The notes under the pieces were generated by a model that searched no databases, was not told where the DNA came from, and was given only the letters and a program-made list of their open reading frames with translations. The position numbers and the translations under genes were made by a program. Shown here in pieces: positions 1 to 12,909 of a DNA stretch of 64,000 nucleotides. Source of the DNA: Eledone cirrhosa (lineage: Eukaryota); assembly GCA_964016885.1 (NCBI GenBank), contig OZ024742.1, positions 309,752,001-309,816,000 of the forward strand, written 5' to 3'. Position 1 is the stretch's first letter. Every line of letters begins with the position of its first letter.

Positions 1-9
1 GCTGACAAT

Positions 10-657
10 AAATGTAGGCTATGTTAAACAAAGATCGAGGATGTAAGCCACATTGTTGCCAGCTGCGAAAGAATGTCATCTCGCTACTACCTCTCCATGA
101 GACACGATGGGATAGCTAGAACCATCTGGAAAGCACTTCGGAAAACAAAATTAACAACAAACGAGGAAGAATATATTGAGACAGATGGCACTAAGGAATA
201 CTGGTGGAACCTGAAAATAAAAACTGCCACCAAATTAAAGCACAACCGGCCTGATATGAGACCACACATTGAAAACGTGTTCTGTTGTGGAGATCAGCTG
301 CCCACTTGATGTAAACTTTGTCAGAAAAATACAGAAGGAGGAAATCTACGGACCATTGATGAGGAGTTTACAAATCCAGTATCCAAGATACACCTTTAGC
401 TTCATACCCATCATTATTGGAGCTACGGGTTATATACCCTACCCGCTTGGACCAAAGTATGACTGAACTTGGATTTGCGGACAAAGAGCGCAGCTCCCTA
501 ATTCATAGTCTACAAATGGCTACGATAGCTGGCACCTTCAAAATTTGCAAAACATTCTTGCGATTCAAGGGATGACAATTTCTTTTCTTTTACAACCTTG
601 CCACCAGGAAGGTGGCCGGTCAAAAAAATATACTCGAAATTAAGAGAAAGAGATAAA
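10..657 (+). mobile_element. 3' fragment of an R4/Dong-type non-LTR retrotransposon (CCHC knuckle plus restriction-like endonuclease), frameshifted, ending in (CATA)n
   Basis: Translates as KCRLC*TKIEDVSHIVASC...RHDGIA...WWNLKIKTATKLKHNRPD / VVEISCPLD...KEEIYGPL...IPIIIGATG. These are the CCHC, RHD and PD..D/E..K motifs of REL elements. A stop and frameshifts are present. Confidence 0.85.
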
Positions 658-728
658 CATACATACATATATACATATATGCACATATACATAAATATAC
701 ATACATGCATACATACATACATACATAT

Positions 729-1137
729 ATGGTGGCTGCCAACTCGTTTTCGAGTACGGCCACTACTTTATATCCATGTAGGAGAACCCCTACCGATGCG
801 CTGAACGAGTGTGACTTCTTAGTCCAGCCAGCGACTTGAAAACTCTGGTACAAACACTACACATGTGACAATTACTGACACATAGTGCTGGGCCCATGGT
901 ACCATGGGACGACAAGTGCAGAGAGATCTCCAGATATAAAGCAATGCCTGTGCCGTGAAGCTTTTATAGTGAGCAAAGGCACTGCACAAAGCCAGTCCCA
1001 CTCTCTTAACCAAGATGATATTTACCAAAAAGAAGAACAAGTCAACATCATTGGATACCATCAGAGTTGCAGGTGTTATATCAGAGTTTTCCTTCTAGAA
1101 TTCTGCCTTGACAAAGGCTAAGGGGTCATCTCTCCCG
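729..1137 (-). mobile_element. Non-coding RTE-related bipartite repeat, 5'-truncated copy
   Basis: Near-identical to copies at 1165, 21117, 26441 and 49901. It has a terminal stem-loop followed by a (TATG)n tail on the minus strand. Confidence 0.75.
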
Positions 1138-1164
1138 GACATACATATATACATACATACATAC

Positions 1165-1787
1165 ATGGTGGCTGCCAACTCGTTTTCGAGCACGGCCACT
1201 ACTTTATATCCATGTAGGAGAACCCCTACCGATGCGCTGAACGAGTGTGACTTTTTAGTCCAGCCAGCGACTTGAAAACTCTGGTACAAACACTACACTT
1301 GTGACAATTATTGACACATAGTGATGGGCCCATGGTACCATGTGACGACAAGTGCAGAGAGATCTCCAGATATAAAGCAATGCCTGTGCCGTGAAGCTTT
1401 TATAGTGAGCAAAGGCACTGCACAAAGCCAGTCCCACTCTCTTAACCAAGATGATATTTATCAAAAAGAAGAACAAGTCAACATCATTGGATACTAGCAG
1501 GGTTGCAGGTGTTATATCAGAGTTTTCCTTCTCCTAGAATTCTGCCTTGAGAAAGGTCATCTCTCCCGCTGATTTTGGATGGCCATTGACTCTTAAGAGC
1601 TCCTTTGCCAGGTTTTGTTTTTAGTCCTGCAGGATGACCAAAGTCACCCTCCTCACCAAGAAACCTTGGGGGGGGGGGAGTTTAGTCCACAACGACCCGA
1701 CCATATGTCAGGTCACCAGTTGGTGCTACTGGTAACATGTATCCCAGTACAACCCTGTCTCATGGTCGGGTCGTTGGCGACTAAACA
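1165..1787 (-). mobile_element. Non-coding RTE-related bipartite repeat with an inverted 5' segment
   Basis: Same family as 729-1137. It contains ctaggagaaggaaaactctg (an RTE 5'UTR-like motif) on the minus strand, and 1680-1787 is an inverted repeat. Confidence 0.75.
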
Positions 1788-2095
1788 TACATGCATACAT
1801 ATATACATACATACATATATATACATGCATATATACATACATACATAAATACATACATAAATACATTCATAAATACATACATATATACATACATACATAA
1901 ATACATACATGCATACATACAGACACGCATGGTATATCAATGTACGTACGTATGTATGTATGTATGTATGTATGTATGTATGTATGTATGTATGTATGTA
2001 TGTATGTATGTGTGTATGTATGTATGCATGCATGCATGTATGTATGTATAATTTACCACCAAATGATAAACAGACAGCCGTTATTTCTCATTCTT

Positions 2096-2131
2096 TCTTC
2101 TGATGAAGTACTAGCGTCCGAAACGTCAAGA
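2096..2131 (+). ncRNA. Minimal type I hammerhead ribozyme motif (family B), one stem II mismatch
   Basis: UCUU-CUGAUGA-A-GUAC uagc GUCC-GAAAC-GUC^AAGA. Stem I is UCUU/AAGA and stem III is the loopless palindrome ACGU. Confidence 0.75.
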
Positions 2132-2249
2132 CCCTCTTCCTGCTATTTCAAGCGTTGCCAAATATATTCCTTCCATATACTGTACCGATTGTGTTGTTAT
2201 TTCTGTTATTTCTTCTCTTATATATATATATATACATATAGGAACGAGT

Positions 2250-2398
2250 AGGACTAAATTAGTCCAGAATTAGCCGTCGAAACGTCTTGAGCTCAACCGT
2301 CGGGGTCCTACTCGTTCCTATTACCCACTCTACTACCCTAAGTATTGAGTACTTTGGTGCGTTATGGTCCATCTGGTTCCGTACCACATTTCCTTCGT

Positions 2399-2400
<2 letters not shown>
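2250..2400 (+). mobile_element. Family E short element (3' half of an HHR plus ~110 nt tail) abutting (TA)n
   Basis: gtcgaaac...ccgtcgggg followed by ttacccactctactaccctaagtattgagtact...ccttcgtta. Related copies lie at 5690, 5942, 8460, 12357, 19110, 36445, 46888 and 61115. Confidence 0.75.
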
Positions 2401-2458
<58 letters not shown>

Positions 2459-2599
2459 AGAAGAGACAACGAATGAAAACAAGGCAGAACAAAGACAAAA
2501 AAAAAAATTAAAGGGGAAACCTTAAAATGTTTTCAAAAGCTAAAATAGCAGAACTCCAATGTCTTCTTCAGCCATATACAGCACCTGTTTTGGTGGTAT

Positions 2600-3630
2600 A
2601 CATTCACACATATAGACATATAGACACATACACACTCAGGGAAGGAGAGTGGGTGAGAGAGACTATACACACACACAGACACACTCACACACTTACACGG
2701 AGAGAGAGGGAAAGTGTGTGTGTGTGTGTGTGTGAGCGAGAGAGAGAGAGAGAGAGAGAGACTATACACACACACACAGACACACTCACACACTCACAGA
2801 GAGAGGGAGAGAGAGAGAGAGAGAGAGAGACTATACACACACACACAGACACACTCACACACTCACAGAGAGAGAGAGGGAGAGTGAGAGAGAGACTATA
2901 CACACACAGACACACTCACACACTCACAGAGAGAGAGAGAGAGAGAGAGAGAGTGAGAGAGACAGAGTGACTATACACACACATACAGACACACTCACAC
3001 ACTTACAGGGAGAGAGAGGGAGAGTGAGAGAGAGACTATACACACACAGACACACTCACACACTCACAGAGAGAGAGAGAGAGAGAGAGTGAGAGAGACA
3101 GAGTGACTATACACACACATACAGACACACTCACACACTTACAGGGAGAGAGAGGGAAAGAGAGAGAGAGAGAGGGAGAGAGAGAGAGACTATACACACA
3201 CATACAGACACACTCACACACTTACAGGGAGAGAGAGGGAAAGAGAGAGAGAGAGAGGGAGAGAGAGAGAGACTATACACACACATACAGACACACTCAC
3301 ACACTTACAGGGAGAGAGAGGGAAAGAGAGAGAGAGAGAGGGAGAGAGAGAGAGACTATACACACACATACAGACACACTCACACACTTACAGGGAGAGA
3401 GAGGGAAAGAGAGAGAGAGAGAGGGAGAGAGAGAGAGACTATACACACACATACAGACACACTCACACACTTACAGGGAGAGAGAGGGAAAGAGAGAGAG
3501 AGAGGGAGAGAGAGAGAGACTATACACATACACACAGACACACTCACAGGGAGAGAGAGAGCACACCTATACACATACACACAGACACACTCACAGAGAG
3601 AGAGAGAGACTGAGAGTGAGAGAGAAACCA
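2600..3630. repeat. Compound CA/GA minisatellite (~45-65 bp unit)
   Basis: Repeats of actatacacacacatacagacacactcacacacttacagggagagagaggg plus (GA)n. Confidence 0.9.
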
Positions 3631-3659
3631 AACGCTGTAACGTAAACTTCACATACACT

Positions 3660-4339
3660 ACTTGCCACACACACGAACACACACACACACACATACACAC
3701 ACACAACACATGCACATGCACGCACCACATTCACATATCCATCTCCCGCACACACTCACACACACATACACACACACAACACGCATACACATGCAAGCAC
3801 CCCATGCACACATCCCTCTCCCGCACACATACATCTATACACATATACGCGCACATATATACACAGACACGTACATACACTCAGACACACACATATATAT
3901 ATATGTATATATATACACAGAGACATGCACACCACACTACACACACAGCACATACACATACACATGCACCATAAACAGACAATTACACACGCATGTACAC
4001 ACTGACACACACACATAGACACAGACACACACACATATACGCACACACACACACACACCCCACACCGCACTACACACACAGCACATACACATACTCACAT
4101 ACACACACTCACACCATACCACACTACACACACAGCACATACACATATATACACATACTCACATACACACACTCACACCATAGATACACATATATACACA
4201 TACTCACACACACAATTACGCAAGTTTCTATATGGAAAACAATGTGCCCCCCCCCCGCCTTCTACTGTGAATTCCTTGCATGTCAAGTGTGTGAGAGATT
4301 CTGTGTGTCTGTGTGTGTGGTTGACGGATTGTGTGGCGG

Positions 4340-4404
<65 letters not shown>

Positions 4405-4434
4405 TGTGTGTGTGGTTGACGGATTGTGTGGCGG

Positions 4435-4466
<32 letters not shown>

Positions 4467-4643
4467 CGGATTGTGTGTGTGTGTGTGTGTGACAGATTGT
4501 GTGTGTGTGTGTGACGGATAGTGTGTGTGTGTGTGACGGATAGTGTGTGTGTGTGACGGATAGTGTGTGTGTGTGACGGATAGTGTGTGTGTGTGTGTGA
4601 CGGATTCTGTGTGTGTGACGGATTCTGTGTGTGTGTGACGGAT

Positions 4644-4674
<31 letters not shown>

Positions 4675-5500
4675 CGGATTTTGTGTGTGTGTGTGTGGTG
4701 GATTTTGGTGTGAGTGTGTGTCACAGATTTTGTGAGCGAGTGTGGGTGACGGATTCTATATGTGTGTGAGTGTGTGTATTCTGTGTGTGAGTGTGTGTGA
4801 CGGATTTTGTGTGTGTGTGGCGAATTTTATGTGTGAGTGTGTATGTGAGTGTGTGTGTATGTGTGCGTCTGTATTCGATGTGTGTGTTTGTATGTGTGTG
4901 TCTGTTCGTGTGACAGCGGCATCATCCCCATTCCCACCACCAACATTAACCATGCCGCTACCGCCACCCCCACCATCACCACCTCTGCCCTCGCCCTTCT
5001 ACTTCTTCTCTTCCTCTTTCTCTCCTGTCTCAGCAGGGAAAAAACACCACACACACACACACACACACATTCACTCATAAACACAGACACTCATAAAAAC
5101 AAGCGTCCATGTATACACACAAACACACACACACTCCTAAAGATACGCACACATACACACACAAACACACAGGCACACACCCATTTATCGATGCATACAC
5201 GCCTGTATATACGCACACACACACACACAAACACATGTATCGATGCATACACGCCTAAAGATGCGCACACACACATACACACACACATGTATCTATGCAT
5301 ACACGCCTGTATATACGCACACACACACACACAAACACATGTATCGATGCATACACGCCTAAAGATGCGCACACACACATACACACACACATGTATCTAT
5401 GCATACACGCCTGTATATACGCACACACATACACATACACAAACACACAGACACACTCACATACACAAACACAGACACTCACTCATATATACACGCACAC
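3660..5500. repeat. Degenerate (CA)n/(GT)n field including a gacggat-(GT)n minisatellite and ~100 bp tandem duplications
   Basis: Direct inspection. tgacggat(tg)n recurs at 4320-4810 and a ~100 bp unit recurs at 5180-5430. Confidence 0.85.
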
Positions 5501-5689
5501 GCGTAAACACGAAGCTCCTTACGGAATATCAAAGAATATTCTGTACAAACTATCTCAGGAAAATCCTCTAGAAATTATTTCTATATAAAATATGGCTGCC
5601 TATTCTCCACTGATGTATCGCGTACCGTTTTTAACTGTGGCCACATCCCGGTTGACACTGGCATTCCATCCATTATATATATATATAGG

Positions 5690-5877
5690 AAAATGTTTAA
5701 CCCCGACGGCAGAGCAAAATCCGTTTCGACGGCCATTTCTGGTCCAGTAATAGCCGTCGAAACGGCTTGAGCTCTGCTGTCGGGGTTAAACATGTTCCTG
5801 TTACCCACACTACAACCCTAAGTTTTGAGTACTCTGGTGCGTTATTGTCCATCTGGTTCCTTACCACACTTCCTTCG

Positions 5878-5943
<66 letters not shown>

Positions 5944-6085
5944 CAAAGAAGGTATGGTAAGATACCAGATTGACCATAACGCACCAGAGTACTCAATACT
6001 TAGAGTAGTAGAGTGGGTAATAGGAAAAGAGTCAGGACGCCGACGGCTGAGTTCCGGCCGTTTCGACAGCCGTCGGGGTCCTGAT
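5690..6085. mobile_element. Two family E elements tail-to-tail across a (TA)n tract, the left one with a terminal fold-back
   Basis: 5800-5880 is the inverted counterpart of 5942-6022. 5695-5793 is a hairpin centred on HHR stem II. Confidence 0.8.
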
Positions 6086-6112
6086 TTTTTTCCTAAGCAC
6101 ACACACACACAC

Positions 6113-6197
<85 letters not shown>

Positions 6198-6320
6198 CGT
6201 GCGTATGGAAAAAGCAAATCTGGTCTCAGGAGCCAGTGAACTATGATCTCCATGGTGTTGTGAGGGTTCACGGGCAACCTGATGCAGGACCTCAAGCCAG
6301 GGAGATCCATAGTTATCGTC

Positions 6321-6420
<100 letters not shown>

Positions 6421-7004
6421 TTGTAGCTCTGGTTCGTTAGAATTTATTGAGCGCTTGCCACACATCTCGGAAGTTGTTTTTCGCTAATTTCCAATAGCCG
6501 AAATACGATTCTCGCTACAACTTACGTTAAATGCCAAACACAATGAGACGATGGTTAAACCATTATCCGCACACCCATAGAAACGACCAAGTAATTCGGG
6601 TCAAACAAATAAAAAAATATATATATAATTAGTATATCTACCAACATATATATACAGATGTGTACCTATGCAAGCAAATATATAGGTTTTGTCTTAGTAA
6701 CTTTGTGGTTCAATGCAAGGGGATGCAGAACAATTATATGAAAAACGTAAAATAAGAAAATTATAGTAATTAGCTTACTTACTTAAATTTTACTCCAACT
6801 AATTAGTTTCTGAAAGAGAATATACATAGTGTCTTGGAATTTTAGTCCCCGCTTGCTCTTTTCCATCCACTGAATATTTTTGTATAAGTTCCCTGTGTCC
6901 GCGCATCGCCAGGTATCTTAGCTGAGAATGACTCCCTGAAGACGAAAAGGTTTCTCCATAATCTCCATTTGCAGACTATATATATATATATATGATATAG
7001 AAAA

Positions 7005-7055
7005 GGCTTCTACAGGACTAGAACTGTTTCATTCGGGAGAAATCATCAGGAAGCC
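7005..7055 (-). ncRNA. Type I hammerhead ribozyme motif (family A)
   Basis: Reverse complement reads GGCUUC-CUGAUGA-U-UUC uccc GAA-U-GAAA-CAG uucuaguc CUG-UA^GAAGCC. Stem I is a perfect 6 bp, stem III is ACAG/CUGU and the triplet is GUA. Confidence 0.85.
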
Positions 7056-7147
7056 ATCGGCCATGTATTGAGTACGTTACTTACTGTGGTTACCCCCGAT
7101 TGAACCCGGGATATAATTACACACACACACACACACGAACACGCACA

Positions 7148-7242
<95 letters not shown>

Positions 7243-7299
7243 TGTATATATATATATATATGTATAATTATATATGTATATATATATATGAAACGTCAA

Positions 7300-7451
7300 T
7301 ATGTACGTCAATACTCATCTTTTTCCATTTCTCCGAGCGTTCTTAACCCCACTATCAGGCTAAATAATTTCTTTAATTTCTTTAGTCAAAATACGGCGAT
7401 AGCTTACATTTCTAATAATTTCAAACCCACTCGCTGTTTCGAAAATATTCT

Positions 7452-7455
<4 letters not shown>
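7300..7455. mobile_element. Family H short element between (TA)n tracts
   Basis: Homologous to 27588-27692, 52135-52447, 53630-53895 and 57838-57965. Confidence 0.75.
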
Positions 7456-7529
<74 letters not shown>

Positions 7530-7536
7530 GTGTATA

Positions 7537-7595
<59 letters not shown>

Positions 7596-7874
7596 TCACT
7601 ATTCACAAGTATTTTTAAGCTTCATATCCTGTCTCCCTATTTTATCTGATGAGAACGCAGATATCATCCCGTGATGATATTTGTTTTTGAAATGCGCATA
7701 ATAAAATACTTGGAACTCTTTTAACCATCTTTTGATCTTATATTATATATATATATATATATACATACGTATATATATATTTACATGAGAGAGAGCAACT
7801 TTACGGACATGATCTTTGACAGCGGTAAGAAATTGTTTTCTTATATCAATGTTTAATGGGCTTCCACTGATGAT

Positions 7875-8172
7875 TTATAAGTGCCCACCTAAATATATTC
7901 TTACATAAATATATATTAGGCTTCTACATAAACTGGAAATATTCTCCCAAACTTGTAGAAAACTTATAATGAAACAATTGTTTGGAAAGAGAGATATATT
8001 TTAACTTTAATTATATCTCATAAAATAATACAACTGGTTTTTCCACATTATACATATTGTTAGCTCCCCAAACACTTAAATTGGGTTTATATTTTAATAT
8101 AACCTAATGTTTGTTGAGTGAGATGGTTACCAGTCAGAGTTTAGCTTTAAACTATCTCTGTTATTGTATTAA
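7875..8172. repeat. ~300 bp dispersed repeat ending at (TA)n
   Basis: Close homolog at 21770-22060. Confidence 0.75.
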
Positions 8173-8290
<118 letters not shown>

Positions 8291-8371
8291 GGTAAACAGA
8301 AATAGCAACACAATCGGTACAGTATATGGGAGGGATATATTAGGTTAACGCTTGATATAGCAGGAAGTGGT

Positions 8372-8407
8372 TCTTAACGTTTCGGACGCTAGTCCTTCAT
8401 CAGAAGA
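8372..8407 (-). ncRNA. Minimal type I hammerhead ribozyme motif (family B)
   Basis: Reverse complement reads UCUU-CUGAUGA-A-GGAC uagc GUCC-GAAAC-GUU^AAGA, with a perfect stem II. Confidence 0.8.
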
Positions 8408-8805
8408 AAGAATGAGCAAAAAGATAGATTGAGGGGACGGGTGGGTTGGAATATATCAGAAAGGGTGTGGTAAAATACCAGAAGGACCATAACCCACCAG
8501 AGTACTCGATACTTGGTGTAGTAGAGTGGGTATTATGAGAAGATTCAGGACCCCGTCGGCTGAGCTACGGCCGTTTCGACAGCTAGATCCGAATTCATAT
8601 ATACATATATATAGTCATATATATGTGTATATGTATATATACCTGCATATGTGTACACACATACACACACACACATACTCTCCAGAGCGTGAAATTAATA
8701 AACATTCGTTGTACTGCCTCTCTGTTTTGTCCCTGTTCAAATTTTTCCATTATATGTATATATATGTATATACGTGTATATATATATATATATATATATA
8801 TGTGT

Positions 8806-8885
<80 letters not shown>

Positions 8886-9061
8886 GTGTGTATGTATATA
8901 TATATATATATGTGTGTATATATTCATATACTTATATATATATATACACACACACATATATAAATATAGATCCCACTCTCATGCGTGAACCTAATACTAA
9001 CACTTTCTACTGCACTCTTCGTTTTGTTTTTGTTTTTTGCTTTAACTTATATATATATATT

Positions 9062-9462
9062 CCTACCTCCCACAGCCACCAACCTTATTGTTTGCACCCC
9101 CTGCCCACCCACCATCTACTTCCTCCCCCAAATACACAAACAAAACAATCCCGACCGTCCTATCGTTTCTGCGTGCAACTGCCCTACCGAGATAATTTCT
9201 GTATATTTAGACACCACCCTCGCCCCGTTGATCGGCAATCTCCCCTCCCACACCCACGATACAAATCATGCCCTTAGACTCTTCAACTCTTTCTCCTTCA
9301 CTCCTGGTCCCCCCGCCTTCTCTTTACCCTGGACATCACCTCTCTATACCGTCATCCCTCATGATGACGGCCTCCTCGCACTCCAACACTTTTTAGATTT
9401 ACGCCCTACCCCTTATCCCAGCATTACCACTCTTCTCCGTCTGGCTGAGCTTATGCTCACTC
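9062..9462 (+). mobile_element. Penelope-like element reverse transcriptase fragment (N-terminal RT motifs)
   Basis: [33 protein letters not shown]...LPSHTHDT...PLYTVIPHDDGLLALQHFL matches the PLE LPKIHK..P.RPI.S and SLYT.IP motifs. Confidence 0.85.
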
Positions 9463-9555
9463 CACTTTTCCCTTCACTGCTCTATATACACACATACACA
9501 CCCTTATATTAACACACTTTTGCTCATAGCTTCGTACTTACATGCACACACACTC

Positions 9556-10370
9556 TATCGAGTAACATTACTCGTATTCTTTCAGTCATTCTCCAAGATT
9601 CCTGACCATAGGTAAGGGTTGGCACAAATACCGAACTGAAGAAAGCGAGTTTGGCTTTTAGATCTACCTTCGTCTTTCTTATTACCGAATGCTGAGGGTG
9701 GCGCATTATTGCACCAGTTCTTGCAATTAATTCAGCCTCCTGCCTCGTGAAGACGGCCCCGAGATACATGAACTTATCTACTTGCTTCAGTGGAACTCCA
9801 ATCACATGTAGAATGCACTGCGCAGGTTTCCTTCAGAGAACGAGTGTCTCAGTTTTCGCAGCACTGATTTTCATTCCAGCCATGCAGCACTCGGCGTCAA
9901 ACCTATCAAGTGTAAGGTAACACCATGTCTGTAAATTCCAGCCGATTGATTCTACACTTGCCAGTCGTAATACCACTTCGAACCCGGCTGCGCATGTCAA
10001 TCCTGTTCGTGAAAATAATGGTTTCTTATATAGGTACAAGCCAATAATTTTGGGGGAAAGTCGATTTAATCGACCCCAGTGCGTGACTGGTACTTTATTT
10101 TATCGACCCCGTAATGATGAAAGGCAAAGTTAACCTCGGCAGGATTTGAACTCAGATCATAAAGGGCCGTAACTCAACTCTATTCTGTAAAGCATGGCGT
10201 CCGACCCTAGGAGAGGTGACAGTACGCACTCTTGGCGTAGTCTGACTCCAACATTGAATAGTTTCGCTTTAGCACCATTTATCCGAACACAAATACTCGG
10301 GCATTCATATAGAGACACTAGGGCAACAAAAAACTGACCATCAATCCCATACTCCTTCAAAACCTTCCAC
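9556..10370 (-). mobile_element. Degenerate RTE-clade LINE RT fragment interrupted by a SINE
   Basis: WKVLKEYGI...FNVGVRLRQECVLSPL, GMKISAAKTETLV, LKQVDKFMYLG...PTLTYGQESW. A SINE is inserted at ~10010-10205. Confidence 0.8.
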
Positions 10371-10554
10371 ATTTGGCACGAGGCCAGCAATTATCTCAGT
10401 GCATTACTGGTACTTTTTTTTATCGACGCAGTAAGGACAAAGGCAATAACTATAAATAATAGTTGAATAAATCAAACAAACTACCCCTGGTGAAAGAAAA
10501 TGCTGATCGAGACGTCTGCGGGGAATCGAACCCCTTATTTCTTGTGCGTATGCA

Positions 10555-10604
<50 letters not shown>

Positions 10605-10944
10605 TTTCTGTATAACCTTAGATAAATTTAGGTTTCAGCCAGTATTGACCAAGGCCATGTCAAGCTGTATACGGGACACCTGGTGAAATCAGTCAAGCAT
10701 AACGTGGCTAAAGCGCACCTTTGATTCATTCAAGTAGGATGTTGTTTGTTAAAATATGTCTAGGTGGCGGTGAAAGGTGGTATTTCTTGCAGGAGAATTT
10801 GTACAGGTACCGTTCGTGGGAAAATTGTAGGATCTATCTTCGTTTTATTGTTTATTTTTACACAGCTATAAACCCAGACACCCACCCGACTACACACACA
10901 TATACTCACATACATACACGCACACACACACACACACACACACA

Positions 10945-11023
<79 letters not shown>

Positions 11024-11098
11024 CAATTGTATCTGCTTTTTAAAAAAAATTGCAACATCTTCCGTCCAAGTCGGCGAAAGAAAAACTTTTTTTGATAC

Positions 11099-11192
<94 letters not shown>

Positions 11193-11194
11193 TA

Positions 11195-11383
<189 letters not shown>

Positions 11384-11691
11384 TAAGGCCAGTTACTACT
11401 ACAGTACCAGACCAGCTTAATAATTATATTAAAACTTGACCTACGGATTTGAGTTGCTCTCTACCTTGGATATTTCTACTAAGTTATTACCACTATGTAT
11501 GTATGTATGTATGTATGTATGTATGTATGTATGTATGTATGTATGTATGTATGTATGTATGTATACATACATACATACATACATATATATATATATATAC
11601 ATATATATATATTTATTAAAATAACAGATTAAAATTTAAGCAAAGAATCGCTGCTTTCACCTTTAACGGGATCTTATATATATGTACATAA

Positions 11692-11757
<66 letters not shown>

Positions 11758-11760
<3 letters not shown>

Positions 11761-12218
11761 CGGAAGGGATATTCAATTTGTTGGTAATTCAACAAATATA
11801 AATGTTTATAACTGATTCAAAGCACTCGACAAGTTTTCTGGAGTATAATATACAATGATATTAAATAAATGGAAACTATATTTATAAAACCATATTTATT
11901 CTGTTATATATATTTCAAGGGTACAAAAATGTTCGTACGCGCTCATCAGATAAAATACGAAGTGTGTTTTATAAATTTTGACATAACCAAGGAGAATATA
12001 CCTTAACGGTTCAAGTTATCCTTGGATAGTCAAGGATAACTTGATTCTATCCAAGGATAACTTGAACCGTTAAGGTATATTCTCCTTGGTTATGTCAACA
12101 TTTATAAAACACACTTCGTATTTTATCTGATGAGTGCGTACCAACATTTTTGTACCCTTGAAATTTATATAACAGAATAAATATGGTTTTATAAATATAG
12201 TTTCCATTTATTTAATAT

Positions 12219-12228
<10 letters not shown>
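11758..12228. mobile_element. Family C fold-back element with ~180 bp inverted arms and HHR motifs on both strands, flanked by (TA)n
   Basis: 11848-12029 is the reverse complement of 12046-12228 with a few mismatches. CUGAUGA...GAAA lies at 12127-12163 (+) with a mirror copy on (-). Confidence 0.85.
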
Positions 12229-12279
<51 letters not shown>

Positions 12280-12326
12280 CCATACACTGTACCGATTGTG
12301 TTGTTATTTCTGTTTACGTTTTACAT

Positions 12327-12357
<31 letters not shown>

Positions 12358-12515
12358 ACGAAGGAAGTGTGATAAGGATCCAGGTGGACCATAGCGCACC
12401 AGAGTACTCAATACTTTGGGTAGTAGAGTGGGTAATAGGAAAATGTTCAAGACCCTGGGTCCAGAAATAGCCGTCGAAACGGCTTGAGCTCTGCCGTCGG
12501 GGTCTTGAACATTTT

Positions 12516-12573
<58 letters not shown>

Positions 12574-12909
12574 GTGAAGAATCAAAACATAACAAATGTT
12601 TGATTATATATATGTATGTGTGTGCGTGTGTGCGTGCGTCTGTGTATGTGTGTGCATGTGTGTCTACATTATATCATTTAGATATCACACCTGTTATATA
12701 TGGCAACTATATAAATATCCGAACCATTGAGCACTTTGCTACACATCTTGGAGATTGTTTTTCGTTATTTCGTGGGCCGAAGTTGCGATTCTCGATAATT
12801 TTATTTATATATATATACAAATATTTTATATCATTCAAACGCACACTGCATATGTATAGCAGCTATATATAAGCATGAAGAAACTAGTGTGGTCAAAGGA
12901 ATAATAATA

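Noticed and set aside
7944-7990. HHR-like GAAAC-AAUU-GUU in the 300 bp repeat (also 21835)
   Set aside because: The core reads CUUGUAGA and stem II does not form. At best degenerate.
10610-10672. Minus-strand UUGACAU-GGCC..GGCU-GAAAC variant hammerhead
   Set aside because: A9 is missing and there is no stem I. Possibly a decayed relative, but not callable.
11848-12228. Palindromes as sequencing or assembly fold-back artefacts
   Set aside because: Arms differ by scattered substitutions and the structures are confined to recurring element families, which favours genuine insertions. Read support is still needed.
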